Of a DNA stretch of 50,975 nucleotides, positions 32,271-41,882 are shown piece by piece. The stretch comes from Methanobacteriota archaeon (lineage in GTDB: Archaea > Thermoplasmatota > Thermoplasmata > RBG-16-68-12): NCBI GenBank assembly GCA_005878485.1, contig VBMG01000040.1, positions 1-50,975 of the forward strand. The letters are read 5' to 3'. The notes under the pieces were generated by a model. It was not told where the DNA came from. It searched no databases and saw only the letters and a list, made by a program, of their open reading frames with translations. How positions within the stretch are numbered: position 1 is the stretch's first letter; every line of letters starts with the position of its first letter. Made by a program: the position numbers and the translations under genes.

Positions 32271-33515
32271 ATGGCCTGCGCCGACATCCCCGCGGACGTG
32301 CGGCCGTCGTTTCTCGAATGCACGGCGTGTTCGAAGAAGCATGAGGTCCGCCTGATTAACACATGCGACTGTGGCGCACCGCTTTTCGCCCGCTACGACT
32401 GGAAGGACCTCGCCGTCCAGGATCTCGCGTCGCGACGGGACTTGTGGCGGTACGCTCCGCTACTCCCTCTCGAGGAAACCGAGATTCGATCGCGGGGGGA
32501 AGGTGGCACGCCGCTGTATAAGCTTGAATCGATCGGCACCGGCGGTCGCGTCGCGCGGCTGCGCGTCGCGGGTCTGTATGTGAAGGATGAGGGCTTGAAC
32601 CCGACCCGGACGTTCAAGGCTCGTGGCATGGCCGTCGCCGTCCCGATGGCAAGCTCATTGGGGGCGACGACCCTCGCAGTGCCGACCGCCGGGAACGCGG
32701 GCGCCGCCCTCGCGGCCTATGCGGCGACCTACGGAGTCCGGGCAATCGTCATCATGGCCCGCGACGGACCCGCAGAGCAAGCGCGAGAAGCGGTTGCGTA
32801 CGGGGCTCATCTGTTGCAAGTCGACGAGGACATTTCGGACGCCGGACGGATCGTGAACGAACTCGCGGCCACGACGGAAACTTTCAGTGTCGCGACGCTG
32901 CGAGAACCGTACCGAGTGGAAGGGAAAAAGACAATGCTCATCGAAATCTGGGAGGCGCTCGGCGGCATGCCGGACTGGATCCTCTTCCCCACGGGCGGTG
33001 GAACGGGAGTTGCGGGGATGTGGAAGGCGCTCCAAGAACTCCGGGAACTCGGATGGTACGACGGGCCATGGCCCCGGTTCGGCGTCGTGCAAGCGGAAGG
33101 ATGCGCGCCGCTCGTGAAAGCTTGGAAAGACGGTCGCGAGACGGCGGAACCCTGGCCTGATCCGCGGACGGACGCCGCCGGTCTCCGAGTCCCCGGGACG
33201 CTGGCGGACCGGATCGTGCTTCGCGCGCTCCGCGAGACGCGTGGCGCGGCCATCGCGGTCACCGACGCGGCGATGAGAGTCGCATCCCAGAATCTCGCGG
33301 TCCTCGAAGGAATCAGCGCGTGCCTGGAAGGCGCCGCGACCCTGGCGGGACTCCGCCGGCTTTACGACGAAGGCACGATCACGCGGGATGACCGCGTCGT
33401 GCTCGTGAATACAGGCTCGGCGGATAGCGCGACGGTCCCGCGGCCATCGGTGCCGACAATCCGCACCGCGGCGGACGCGTGCTCGTACCTCGGGCTCACG
33501 CCGCGAGCTTCTTGA
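32271..33515 (+). CDS. thrC: Threonine synthase
   Basis: 414 aa. N-terminal Cys-rich segment (CTACSKK...CDCG), PLP-lysine motif TRTFKARG, and a PLP-binding glycine loop FPTGGGTG. Confidence 0.85.
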   Translation: MACADIPADVRPSFLECTACSKKHEVRLINTCDCGAPLFARYDWKDLAVQDLASRRDLWRYAPLLPLEETEIRSRGEGGTPLYKLESIGTGGRVARLRVAGLYVKDEGLNPTRTFKARGMAVAVPMASSLGATTLAVPTAGNAGAALAAYAATYGVRAIVIMARDGPAEQAREAVAYGAHLLQVDEDISDAGRIVNELAATTETFSVATLREPYRVEGKKTMLIEIWEALGGMPDWILFPTGGGTGVAGMWKALQELRELGWYDGPWPRFGVVQAEGCAPLVKAWKDGRETAEPWPDPRTDAAGLRVPGTLADRIVLRALRETRGAAIAVTDAAMRVASQNLAVLEGISACLEGAATLAGLRRLYDEGTITRDDRVVLVNTGSADSATVPRPSVPTIRTAADACSYLGLTPRAS

Positions 33516-33972
33516 CTTCTTCGAGGACGCGTCGGTGGTCCGGGGGAACCTTCGGGTCTTCCGTGACCCATCGATATCGGACAATCCCATCGCGATCGAG
33601 GACGAAGACGGATCGCTTCGAGACGCCCTGGAGGCCGAAGTCGCCGAACTTGTCGTACTGCACTCCGTACGCCTTCGTCACCGTCTTGTTCCAATCGCTC
33701 AGCAAGGGCTAGTTGATCCCGTTCTGTTGCTTGAACACCCGATGGCTTTGGTGGCTGTCCGTGCTGATCCCGAAGACGGTCGCGCCCATCTGCTGGAGGA
33801 TTCCTAGGGAGTCGCGCAACGCGCACAGCTGACCTTGACAGACGTTCGTGAAGTCCCAGACGTAGAACGAGAGGACGATCGGTCCTCGGCCGAGCGCCTT
33901 CGAGAGCGTGACCGGCTTCCCTTCGTCACCCAGCATCGTGAAATCGGGCGCCTTCTGGCCTACCTCGACCAT
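33496..33972 (-). pseudogene. Bcp/AhpC-TSA family peroxiredoxin interrupted by a single in-frame TAG
   Basis: Track ORFs 33709..33972 and 33496..33705 are in the same frame. The junction reads ...KQQNGIN-TAG-PLLSDWNK..., and total length is about 158 codons, as expected for Bcp. Peroxidatic Cys context DFTNVC. GAGGTGA lies 5 nt upstream of ATG 33972. Confidence 0.7.
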
Positions 33973-34163
33973 CGGGTCACCTCAGGCCGCCGTGCCAGAG
34001 GCGTCGGGGCCATAACCCTTTCGCTTTCGAGGCTCACCGAACCCGGGCCGACGCGGGAACGTAATGTATATCTAACGGGTGCAGCCCATCAGGGCTCCAC
34101 CTAGTCAACGAGAACGCTCAACCGTACTACGCGCGCAACGAGGGGGAAAGGGTAGGGGGAACG

Positions 34164-35738
34164 ATGGCGAAGTACGTGCTCGCCGCCGACTATACACTGA
34201 TGACGGACTACCGGAACGTGCCGTTGGCGACGTTCTTCAGTTGCATCCCGACGGACTACTGGCAATCCCGCCTCGTGTTCCGGATCCTCGCGGATCCTCC
34301 CAAACTGGACGCGAACGGCCTGCCGATCCGGGTCCCGTACGGCCTTCGGAAGATTGAGGCCTCACTCGCACGGACATACGGCCGGGACCAAGTCGTGATC
34401 GCCGACCCCCGGACCGTGGCACAGCACATCGACGACGAAACGGAGGTGGTTGGACTTCACTCGATGGACCCACTCGGCCTCGGGCCAGTCAGCATGTCGT
34501 TCACGATGGGCGGCGTCCTCACTCCATACACGAAAGCGATGTTCCTCGACCTCATCCAGCGCGTCCAGCGGCCGAACCGGAAGTACAAAATCGTCTTGGG
34601 CGGGCCCGGCGCGTGGCACTTCGACTACCGTCAGGACATGCAGGAGAGCCTCGGCATCGACCATATCGTGCACGGCGAGGTCGACCATCTCGTCCCGGAA
34701 ATCTTCGATCGAATCGTGAACGACCACGCTCCACCGGTCATGCGCTTCACGAACGCAACCGCGCCAACGGTCGACAAGATCCCGAAAATCCTCGGGCCGA
34801 CGATGCATGCGATGAACGAGGTGATGCGGGGGTGCGGTCGGGGTTGCGAGTTCTGCGAGGTCACCCTCCGGCGTCCGAGGTACTTCCCCTTCGACTACAT
34901 CGGCGACGAGATCGCTATGAACACGAAGATTGGCCAGTCGTCCATCCAGCTCCACTCGGACGACATCTTCCTCTACAACCTCGAGAACTGGAAGACGATG
35001 GAACCGAACGAGGACGCCGTGAAGGACCTCTTCCGGTTCGTCATGGCGCAGCCCGGCGTCAGCCATTGCTACCCGACCCACGGCACACTGAGCGCCGCGG
35101 TCACGAACCCCGATCTCATCCGGGACATCTCGACCATCGTCCACGCCGGACCCGACAAGTGGGTCGGCATCCAGAGCGGAATCGAGACGGGGAGCCCGAG
35201 CCTCTCGCGGGCCGTGTTGCACCGGAAGGCGGCCCCGTTCACCGCCGAGGAATGGCCGGACATCGTGGTCCAGGGGACGGAGATCCTGAACCGCAACTAC
35301 TGGTATCCCGCGTTTACAATTATCTTGGGCCTGCCGGGGGAAACCCCGGAAGACGCTTGGATGACCGTCGATCTAATCGACCGCATGGAACAAATCCCGG
35401 ACGGTCACTTCGTCACGGCGCCCCTCACGTTCGTCCCGATCGGCGTGCTGCGCGGCGAGGCGTTCTACAACCTCGACGAGATGATCGACGAGTCGCGGTT
35501 CAACGTCGCATACCGCGCTTGGCGGCACGTGCTCCTGGAAATCGACCAGGATCTTTGGCGCCTCACGCGCCTCCCCGCCCCGATGAAGGCGCTCATCGTC
35601 GTGACCGCGCGCATCGGTGGCCGATACATCCTCGACATCATGCATCGCTACGCGCGGCGCAAAGGGTTCCGCATCCGCGCGCCATCGACGACGAGGCGTC
35701 AGGCCGAGGGACACACGGTCACCTTCCCCGCCGGGTAG
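34164..35738 (+). CDS. Radical SAM protein with N-terminal B12-binding-like (Rossmann-like) domain
   Basis: 524 aa. CxxxCxxC cluster motif in RGCGRGCEFCEV, preceded by ~220 aa of the kind seen in class B-like radical SAM enzymes. Confidence 0.8.
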   Translation: MAKYVLAADYTLMTDYRNVPLATFFSCIPTDYWQSRLVFRILADPPKLDANGLPIRVPYGLRKIEASLARTYGRDQVVIADPRTVAQHIDDETEVVGLHSMDPLGLGPVSMSFTMGGVLTPYTKAMFLDLIQRVQRPNRKYKIVLGGPGAWHFDYRQDMQESLGIDHIVHGEVDHLVPEIFDRIVNDHAPPVMRFTNATAPTVDKIPKILGPTMHAMNEVMRGCGRGCEFCEVTLRRPRYFPFDYIGDEIAMNTKIGQSSIQLHSDDIFLYNLENWKTMEPNEDAVKDLFRFVMAQPGVSHCYPTHGTLSAAVTNPDLIRDISTIVHAGPDKWVGIQSGIETGSPSLSRAVLHRKAAPFTAEEWPDIVVQGTEILNRNYWYPAFTIILGLPGETPEDAWMTVDLIDRMEQIPDGHFVTAPLTFVPIGVLRGEAFYNLDEMIDESRFNVAYRAWRHVLLEIDQDLWRLTRLPAPMKALIVVTARIGGRYILDIMHRYARRKGFRIRAPSTTRRQAEGHTVTFPAG

Positions 35739-35749
35739 ATTCGCGGGAC

Positions 35750-35995
35750 TCAGGCGCCGTCAACGACCCAGGCGAGGTACTGATTCGCCTTCGCCTCGGC
35801 GCCCTCCTCGCCCATGACGGACGGAAGGGTGCGCTCGCGGAGGAGTTGAACGATTTTCACGAGGTCCGTCCGCGTGAGACTCACGGGATCGGCCCGGACA
35901 TCTCGGAGTCGTTTCCGAAGCATTGCGGGTGCCATGTCTCCCCAGATGGCCCGCATGTCGGCCACAATGAGGTCGTACGCCGTCTGCACACCCAC
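35750..35995 (-). CDS. Hypothetical small helical protein (81 aa)
   Basis: The ORF is separated from the stop codon of the upstream membrane ORF (36000-36002) by 4 nt. Composition is not low-complexity. No recognisable motif. Confidence 0.45.
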   Translation of the reverse strand: MGVQTAYDLIVADMRAIWGDMAPAMLRKRLRDVRADPVSLTRTDLVKIVQLLRERTLPSVMGEEGAEAKANQYLAWVVDGA

Positions 35996-35999
35996 GGTC

Positions 36000-36293
36000 T
36001 CACGCTTCGGCCTTCATCTGATGGGCGCTGAGCCATGCGCTGTACCCGACGTAGAATAGGACGATGAGGGCAACGAGTTGAAAAGCGTCGGGCAGGAACG
36101 TGTCGGGAAACAGGATGCGCGTCGCGGCGCTCAGGCTCAGGGCAATCCCGACCGCCGCGAGGCCGATGCTCAGACGATGTAGGAGGCCCCCGCGCATCAT
36201 CCGGACCCCTCGGTGGGCGACGAGGAACGTGCCGAGGACGCCACAGGAGATGCTCAAGACGAGGATCACGAATTGTTCCGCCGAAACGATCAC
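36000..36293 (-). CDS. Hypothetical small membrane protein (97 aa, ~3 TM)
   Basis: Three hydrophobic stretches: FVILVLSISCGVLGTFLV, LSIGLAAVGIALSLSAA, LVALIVLFYVGYSAWL. Confidence 0.5.
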   Translation of the reverse strand: MIVSAEQFVILVLSISCGVLGTFLVAHRGVRMMRGGLLHRLSIGLAAVGIALSLSAATRILFPDTFLPDAFQLVALIVLFYVGYSAWLSAHQMKAEA

Positions 36294-36367
36294 GGGATCG
36301 AGCGTGGAATCGACGCTAGCGGATTGGCCCTTAAGTCTGCGCCCTTCGGACTCAGCCGTGAGAATAA

Positions 36368-37273
36368 TCAGCCCTCGAGACGCGCGGTGACCGATTCGCC
36401 CCCCACCTGGACAAAGCCCATCTTGCGGTACAACGCAATCGCGGGATCGTTGCCGATGGTCACGTACAACGCGAGTCGCGGCTCATCCCGCGCCGCGAGG
36501 CGATGCATCGAGGCCTGCAACAGCCCCCGGCCGAGTCCTTTACCACGGTGGTCTTTCGACACTCCGAGTTCCGCGACCAGGGGCATGCCCATCCAGTGCG
36601 TGATTAGGATCGCTCCAACGATCCGACCCCCTTCCAACGCCACGTAGGACGCGTCGGGCATGTACTGCCCGGAATCGCCCTTGAAGAGTCCCGCCACGTA
36701 GCCCCGCCACTCCTCCTCCGCGCCCACGTGAATTCCGTGCTGTTGCTCCATGTGGCCGTCGTAGACCTGCATCAGGAACGCCGTGAGACCCAGGACCTCC
36801 GCCTCCTCGGGAGGCTGCAACGTGATGCTGACCGCGGCGGACCTCTTCGTCGGGGCTTCCATCCGCATCCGTGCGAAGCTCCGCCGAAACCCGAGGGATG
36901 TGAACGCGGGTTCATAGACGTCCTCGAAGTGCCCCGTGATGACTGTGGCGCCTCCGGCCCGGAGCAGATCGACGGCCTTCAGGAGGGTCACGGCGGCTTC
37001 ACCGGCGAACGCCGGCTCCATGGAGAACCCCGAAATCTCCGACGGCCCGAGCCGCAAGGTCCCGATGATGCGGCCGTCTCTCTTGACCGAGAAGTGCGAC
37101 CGCTGATCCTCCGGAGGAAGGGCGAGGAAACGGTCGAGATGGACCTTCAGATCACGCGTCGGAAGATCCGTGCGCCCCGCCACGAACGTCCTCCAGTACG
37201 AATGGGCGTCCGACGTCTGAAGGGGCTCCAAGGTCACGGCCACGCGCCCCGCGAGGGATCCGCGGGAAATCAA
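36368..37273 (-). CDS. GNAT family N-acetyltransferase (two-domain)
   Basis: C-terminal GNAT motif A LGVSKDHRGKGLGRGLL and ALYRKMGF. TTG at 37273 may lie upstream of the transcription start; in-frame GTG 37243 is an alternative. Confidence 0.75.
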   Translation of the reverse strand: MISRGSLAGRVAVTLEPLQTSDAHSYWRTFVAGRTDLPTRDLKVHLDRFLALPPEDQRSHFSVKRDGRIIGTLRLGPSEISGFSMEPAFAGEAAVTLLKAVDLLRAGGATVITGHFEDVYEPAFTSLGFRRSFARMRMEAPTKRSAAVSITLQPPEEAEVLGLTAFLMQVYDGHMEQQHGIHVGAEEEWRGYVAGLFKGDSGQYMPDASYVALEGGRIVGAILITHWMGMPLVAELGVSKDHRGKGLGRGLLQASMHRLAARDEPRLALYVTIGNDPAIALYRKMGFVQVGGESVTARLEG

Positions 37274-37289
37274 GGTTGGGGCCGCGGAG

Positions 37290-37298
37290 ATTTTATCC
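37290..37298. promoter_or_regulatory. Shared bidirectional TATA element (ATTTTATCC / GGATAAAAT) between the GNAT and acyl-CoA dehydrogenase genes
   Basis: TTTATCC starts 32 nt upstream of ATG 37324. The reverse complement faces the GNAT gene. Confidence 0.4.
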
Positions 37299-37323
37299 GG
37301 CGGAAGGACCTTCGACGCCGCAG

Positions 37324-38460
37324 ATGGACTTCGCGCTGACCGAGACCCAGGAAATCACGCGCAAGTCGGTCCGCGATTTCACCGAGCAGGAGATCATCCC
37401 GCGATCCCACGAGTTCGACGAGAGCCAGGAATTCCCACACGATTGGGCGAAGAAAATGGGGGAGCTTGGCCTCCTGGGGGTCTTCGTCCCCGAGAAGTAC
37501 GGAGGGGCGGGCCTCGACACGGTCTCCTACGCGATCACGATCGAGGAACTCTCCCGCGGCGATGCAAGCGCCGGCGTGATCGCGGCGGTCTGCAACGGCC
37601 TCGTGTGCGAGCCGCTGCTCCGCTACGGCACCGAGGATCAGAAAGAGCGGTATCTCGGCCGCGTCGCCCGCGGAGAATGGCTCGGCGCGTACGCCCTCAC
37701 GGAGCCGGGGAGCGGCTCCGACGCTGCCGCAATGCGAACAACCGGGAAGCTGGAGGGGGATGCGTGGATCCTGAACGGCACCAAGACGTTCGCGACGAAC
37801 GCCTCCGTGGCCAAGGTCATCATCACGTATGCTCGCACGGGTCCCAAGAAACACGACATCTCCGCCTTCATCGTGCCCGCAGCGTCGAAGGGGTTTTCCG
37901 TCCTGAAGAAGGAGGACAAGATGGGGATCCGCGCGAGCGACACGGTGACCCTCGGCTTCGACAGCATGCGGATCCCGAAGGACAACCTCCTAGGGGGACT
38001 GCACAAAGGCTTCACGATTGCGATGGCGACGCTCGACGGCGGGCGGATCGGGATCGCGGCCCAAGCCTTGGGCATCGCACAACGGGCCTTGGAGGAGGCG
38101 ACGAGGTACGCGCGCGAACGGGAGGCGTTCGACCAGAAAATTGCGGAGTTTCAGGCGATTCAGTGGAAGCTCGCGGACATGGCCACGGAAATTGATGCGG
38201 CGCGACTCCTGACCTACAAAGCCGCGCACCTCGAGGACTTGGGCCGGCGACACACGTACGAGTCGAGCGTCGCGAAACTGTTCGCATCCGAGGCAGCTCA
38301 CCGCGCGGTCGACTCCGCGGTCCAGATTCACGGCGGCTACGGGTTCATCAAGGATTACGTCGTCGAGAAGCTCTACCGGGACCAGCGGGTCACGGAGATC
38401 TATGAGGGGACGTCAGAAATCCAGCGGCTCGTCATCGCACGTGCGGTTCTTGGGAAGTGA
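37324..38460 (+). CDS. Acyl-CoA dehydrogenase (short/branched-chain type)
   Basis: 378 aa from MDFALTETQE. Typical ACAD sequence throughout (ALTEPGSGSD, QIHGGYGF, YEGTSEIQRLVIAR). Confidence 0.9.
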   Translation: MDFALTETQEITRKSVRDFTEQEIIPRSHEFDESQEFPHDWAKKMGELGLLGVFVPEKYGGAGLDTVSYAITIEELSRGDASAGVIAAVCNGLVCEPLLRYGTEDQKERYLGRVARGEWLGAYALTEPGSGSDAAAMRTTGKLEGDAWILNGTKTFATNASVAKVIITYARTGPKKHDISAFIVPAASKGFSVLKKEDKMGIRASDTVTLGFDSMRIPKDNLLGGLHKGFTIAMATLDGGRIGIAAQALGIAQRALEEATRYAREREAFDQKIAEFQAIQWKLADMATEIDAARLLTYKAAHLEDLGRRHTYESSVAKLFASEAAHRAVDSAVQIHGGYGFIKDYVVEKLYRDQRVTEIYEGTSEIQRLVIARAVLGK

Positions 38461-39238
38461 ACGGGAGAACGCCCACGATCGCTGGTATCGGGCGGTCGCG
38501 CCGTATTACGACCAACTGTCCGACCGATTGCGGACCGCGCGAGCCTACCCGTTCCTGCAACATCTCTTCCTGCGGTACGGCCCCATCCATGAGGTCCTCG
38601 ATGTCGCATGTGGCAGCTTCGCGTTGGACCTCCCGTTGGTGAGGCGCGGGTACCAGGTGGTGGGTCGGGATCGATCCAAGGACATGCTCCGCGTCGCCCG
38701 CGGCGCGTTGAAGGCGGTCGGACGGGACGTGGACCTCGACGAAGCGGATATGCGGACCCTCCACCTGACCCGCGAATTCGACGCCCTGCTCTGCCTCGGG
38801 ACGGCCTTCAACTACGTCACATCCCCATCGGATGTCCGAAGGACACTCGCCGTCTTCCGCCGCCATCTGCGGGGCGGGGGATTGCTGGTCCTCGACTTGA
38901 CGAACTTCGATGCGTGGATCCGCCATCCACAGAACGCACGGGCCGTGGTGGACCACCGGGCCCCTGATGGCACCCGGATTGCGATTTTCGCCTTCAACGA
39001 ACAAGAACGCCGCAAGAAAATTCATCAGGCGCGCTTCCTGACCTTGGTCCAGAAAGGCCGAAGGATCGATATTCGTTTCGACGAGACGCCCCTTCGAATC
39101 TGGGCGAAACCGGAACTTGATCGTGCTCTCCGAACGGCAGGGTTTCGACCGGCCGAGTGGTGGGGCGATCTCCGGCTCGGTGCGAAATACGACCGGGGTC
39201 GCAGCCCGCGGCTCGTGTCGGTGGCCGTGCGGACCTGA
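38441..39238 (+). CDS. Class I SAM-dependent methyltransferase
   Basis: Motif I VLDVACGSFALD and the downstream acidic loop VVGRDRS. Start uncertain (GTG 38441 or TTG 38450) and overlaps the end of the ACAD gene. Confidence 0.7.
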   Translation: MRFLGSERENAHDRWYRAVAPYYDQLSDRLRTARAYPFLQHLFLRYGPIHEVLDVACGSFALDLPLVRRGYQVVGRDRSKDMLRVARGALKAVGRDVDLDEADMRTLHLTREFDALLCLGTAFNYVTSPSDVRRTLAVFRRHLRGGGLLVLDLTNFDAWIRHPQNARAVVDHRAPDGTRIAIFAFNEQERRKKIHQARFLTLVQKGRRIDIRFDETPLRIWAKPELDRALRTAGFRPAEWWGDLRLGAKYDRGRSPRLVSVAVRT

Positions 39239-39309
39239 CGAGCGGACGGATACTCGCGGTTCGCCCGGAGAGAGAACCCTTATCCCGTTCTGCCGGTTCG
39301 CGGGGCCGG

Positions 39310-40041
39310 ATGGCGACGCGCGTACTCTACATGGAGGAGCGCCGAGGTCAGAATCCGGATCCCTGCTACCTTCGCGAGTTCGACGCCAAAGTCGTCGACC
39401 GCGGCCCCGATTTCGTCGTCTTGGATCAGACCGCCTTCTACGCGGAGGGCGGCGGCCAGCCGGACGATACGGGCATGTTCCGATGGACGGGGGGCGAGTC
39501 GAGAGTACTCCGTGTCACGAAGGACAAGGGCGTGATCCGTCACCACGTGGACCGGATGCCCGCGGCCGACGAGGTCCATGGCGTCGTCGACTGGGACCGG
39601 CGATACAAGCACATGCGCATGCACACGTCCCAGCACCTCATGTCGGGCCTCGTCTTCCGGATTTTCGGAGCCCGTACGGTCGGCAACCAGATCCACACGG
39701 ACTACAGCCGCGTGGATTTTCAGCCGGCGAGCTTCGGGCCTGAGGAGATCAAGCGAATCGAGGACGCGTGCAATCAGGTCATCGCCGACGGACAAGACGT
39801 CCGAATCTTCGAAGAGGATCGCGTGGTCGTCCAGAACAAAATCGAGGATCGAGCCCTCTTGGACCTCATCCCCGCTTCCGTCCGGCGCTTGCGGATCATC
39901 CAGATCGGCGAGACGGACTACTGTCCGTGCGGCGGGACCCACTTGAAGAACGCATCGGAGATCGGGAAGGTCCACATCCTCGAGAAGCGGTCGAAGGGGA
40001 GGGAGACGGACCGCATCATCTACGAGCTCCTTCCCGCGTAG
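39310..40041 (+). CDS. alaX: AlaX-type alanyl-tRNA editing protein
   Basis: Zinc motifs HTSQHL and CPCGGTH of the Ala/Thr-tRNA synthetase editing domain. ATG 39310 lies 31 nt downstream of CTTATCC (39279-39285). Confidence 0.85.
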   Translation: MATRVLYMEERRGQNPDPCYLREFDAKVVDRGPDFVVLDQTAFYAEGGGQPDDTGMFRWTGGESRVLRVTKDKGVIRHHVDRMPAADEVHGVVDWDRRYKHMRMHTSQHLMSGLVFRIFGARTVGNQIHTDYSRVDFQPASFGPEEIKRIEDACNQVIADGQDVRIFEEDRVVVQNKIEDRALLDLIPASVRRLRIIQIGETDYCPCGGTHLKNASEIGKVHILEKRSKGRETDRIIYELLPA

Positions 40042-40104
40042 GCAATTCTCACGGAGAATCGGGGGCGAGCCCTTATGGACGCCTAGCTTCTTCATCGTCC
40101 CGAC

Positions 40105-41040
40105 ATGAAGGTGGGCGTCGTCGGCGTCGGAAGAGTCGGGGGCGCAATTGCGTTCGCGCTCGCGCGAGAGGGCGATTGGGACGAGCTGGTCCTGGTCGAC
40201 GCGGTCAAGGACCTCGCCAGGGCCCAGGCGGAGGACATCCGCCACGGACTTCGCGTCTCGACCCAACCCGTGATCCGAGCCGGGTCGATCGACGACCTGT
40301 CCGAGTCGGAAGTGGTGGTCCTGTGCGCGGGACAGGGTCGGAAACCGGGGATGACCCGCCTCGATCTCCTACATGCGAACGCGGGGCTCGTCGCCGAGCT
40401 AAGCCGCGAAATCGCCCACGCCGCAACGACCGCGAGCCTCGTCGTCCTGACGAATCCGATGGATGTCATGACCACGATCGCGTGGCGGTCTACCGGATGG
40501 CCTCGGACGCGCGTGCTCGGCTCCGGGACGCTCCTCGATTCTCTTCGGCTTCGGATGATTCTCGCCGACCGCCTGAAAGTCCCCGCCGTGAGGGTCTCCG
40601 CAACCGCGATTGGCGAACACGGACAACGCATCGTGCCCGTGTTCAGCCGAGCGAGGGTGGAGGGCCGTCGGCTGACCTTGTCGCCACAAGAGAAGGAGGA
40701 AATCACACAAAGACTCCGCGAGGTAAGCAGCCGCATTGTCGAGCTGAAAGGCGGGACGGAATTCGGACCCGCCGGAACCACGGCCGACCTGATCGCCGCG
40801 CTCGTCGGTCCACGGCCGCGAGTCGTCCCGTGCTCCGTCGTCCTACAAGGCGAGTACGGCGTCCAGGACGTCGCGATCGGCGTCCCCGCGGTTGTCGGGA
40901 CAAGACGGGTGCTCGCTTTGGAAGAGTGGCCGCTATCCAACGATGAGAGGGCCGCCTTCGACGAGGCGACGCGCGACCTGAAAGCTTTCGCGGAGGATGC
41001 CGCCGTCCTCCTTCAGCTCGTCCCTAAGCCGCTGCGATGA
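40105..41040 (+). CDS. mdh: LDH-like malate dehydrogenase
   Basis: NAD-binding VGVVGVGRVGGAIAF. Substrate loop GQGRKPGMTRLDL has Arg at the MDH/LDH discriminator position. CTTATGG box 33 nt upstream. Confidence 0.85.
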   Translation: MKVGVVGVGRVGGAIAFALAREGDWDELVLVDAVKDLARAQAEDIRHGLRVSTQPVIRAGSIDDLSESEVVVLCAGQGRKPGMTRLDLLHANAGLVAELSREIAHAATTASLVVLTNPMDVMTTIAWRSTGWPRTRVLGSGTLLDSLRLRMILADRLKVPAVRVSATAIGEHGQRIVPVFSRARVEGRRLTLSPQEKEEITQRLREVSSRIVELKGGTEFGPAGTTADLIAALVGPRPRVVPCSVVLQGEYGVQDVAIGVPAVVGTRRVLALEEWPLSNDERAAFDEATRDLKAFAEDAAVLLQLVPKPLR

Positions 41041-41061
41041 TCCCCGTGTCCCGGTCGGCCT

Positions 41062-41343
41062 TCAGAGGTCGACGGGCTTCGTGCCGTCCCAGACCTTTCG
41101 GGCACCTTTCTCGACGGCGGGGATGAGGAGGTCCCGCTTCGACTTGGTCGGGATGATGAAGTACTCCTCGACGGGACCCGCATCCGAGAGGAGGACGAGT
41201 TTGACCTTTCCCCCCTCCATGACCTCCCCCGTCTCCGAGTCGAGGTAACGGTACCGGACATATCGGCCGCGGTCGATGAGGGAGCGGACTTCGAGCTCGC
41301 CTTTCTTCGTACGCGTGAGGACCTCGTCAGGGAAGTCGGTCAT
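41062..41343 (-). CDS. Hypothetical protein (93 aa)
   Basis: ATG 41343 (MTDFPDEVL) begins balanced, non-repetitive sequence. The track extension to 41541 is R/S-rich. Confidence 0.45.
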   Translation of the reverse strand: MTDFPDEVLTRTKKGELEVRSLIDRGRYVRYRYLDSETGEVMEGGKVKLVLLSDAGPVEEYFIIPTKSKRDLLIPAVEKGARKVWDGTKPVDL

Positions 41344-41486
41344 CGGGTTCACGTTTCCGAGAGCGAGATTCCGGGCAAAAAGCCGAAGCATCGACCCCCA
41401 AACGGACCTTGATTGCGAACGGTGATTCTCATGCCCGATAATTTGGGTAGAACGCTTATCCAACGCCGGCGTCTCAGGGCTCCCGA

Positions 41487-41882
41487 ATGAACGACAGCTA
41501 CGACACGGGCGGTCGAGTGACCATGGAGAAAATCGCAACAAAGCAGCCCTACGAGTTGCTGCTGATGTTGGGAGGCGCCTTGGCCATCCTCTTGACCCTC
41601 GTGCTCACGGGACTCCAATGGTACCCGAAGATTCCGACCGGGACCGTGCTGCAAACTGAGGCGGTGACCCTCGTCATCAACGTCGTCCTCGGCGCAGCGC
41701 TGTATGTGTCAGCGGCAATTGTGCGAAAGAACCTGATAAATGGCGCGATCGTGGCCGGCGTCGTAAGCGTGATCCTCCTCGCGTACGGCGGCCAAGCCGG
41801 GACGATCAGCGGCATCGTCGGGATCCTGGGCGCAATTCTCGCCGCGGCAAGCCCCTACATGCCGAAATCGCGGCAGCACTAA
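41487..41882 (+). CDS. Hypothetical membrane protein (131 aa, ~4 TM)
   Basis: Four hydrophobic segments. CTTATCC box at 41455-41461, 32 nt upstream of the ATG. Confidence 0.55.
   Translation: MNDSYDTGGRVTMEKIATKQPYELLLMLGGALAILLTLVLTGLQWYPKIPTGTVLQTEAVTLVINVVLGAALYVSAAIVRKNLINGAIVAGVVSVILLAYGGQAGTISGIVGILGAILAAASPYMPKSRQH

Noticed and set aside
33709-33711. In-frame TAG in the peroxiredoxin as pyrrolysine or a recoded sense codon
   Set aside because: TAG terminates other well-supported genes in the window (ferredoxin, 468-aa coiled-coil gene). No pyl genes are visible, and the position is one substitution away from Tyr. Nonsense mutation or a sequence error is simpler. Kept as a finding only for verification.
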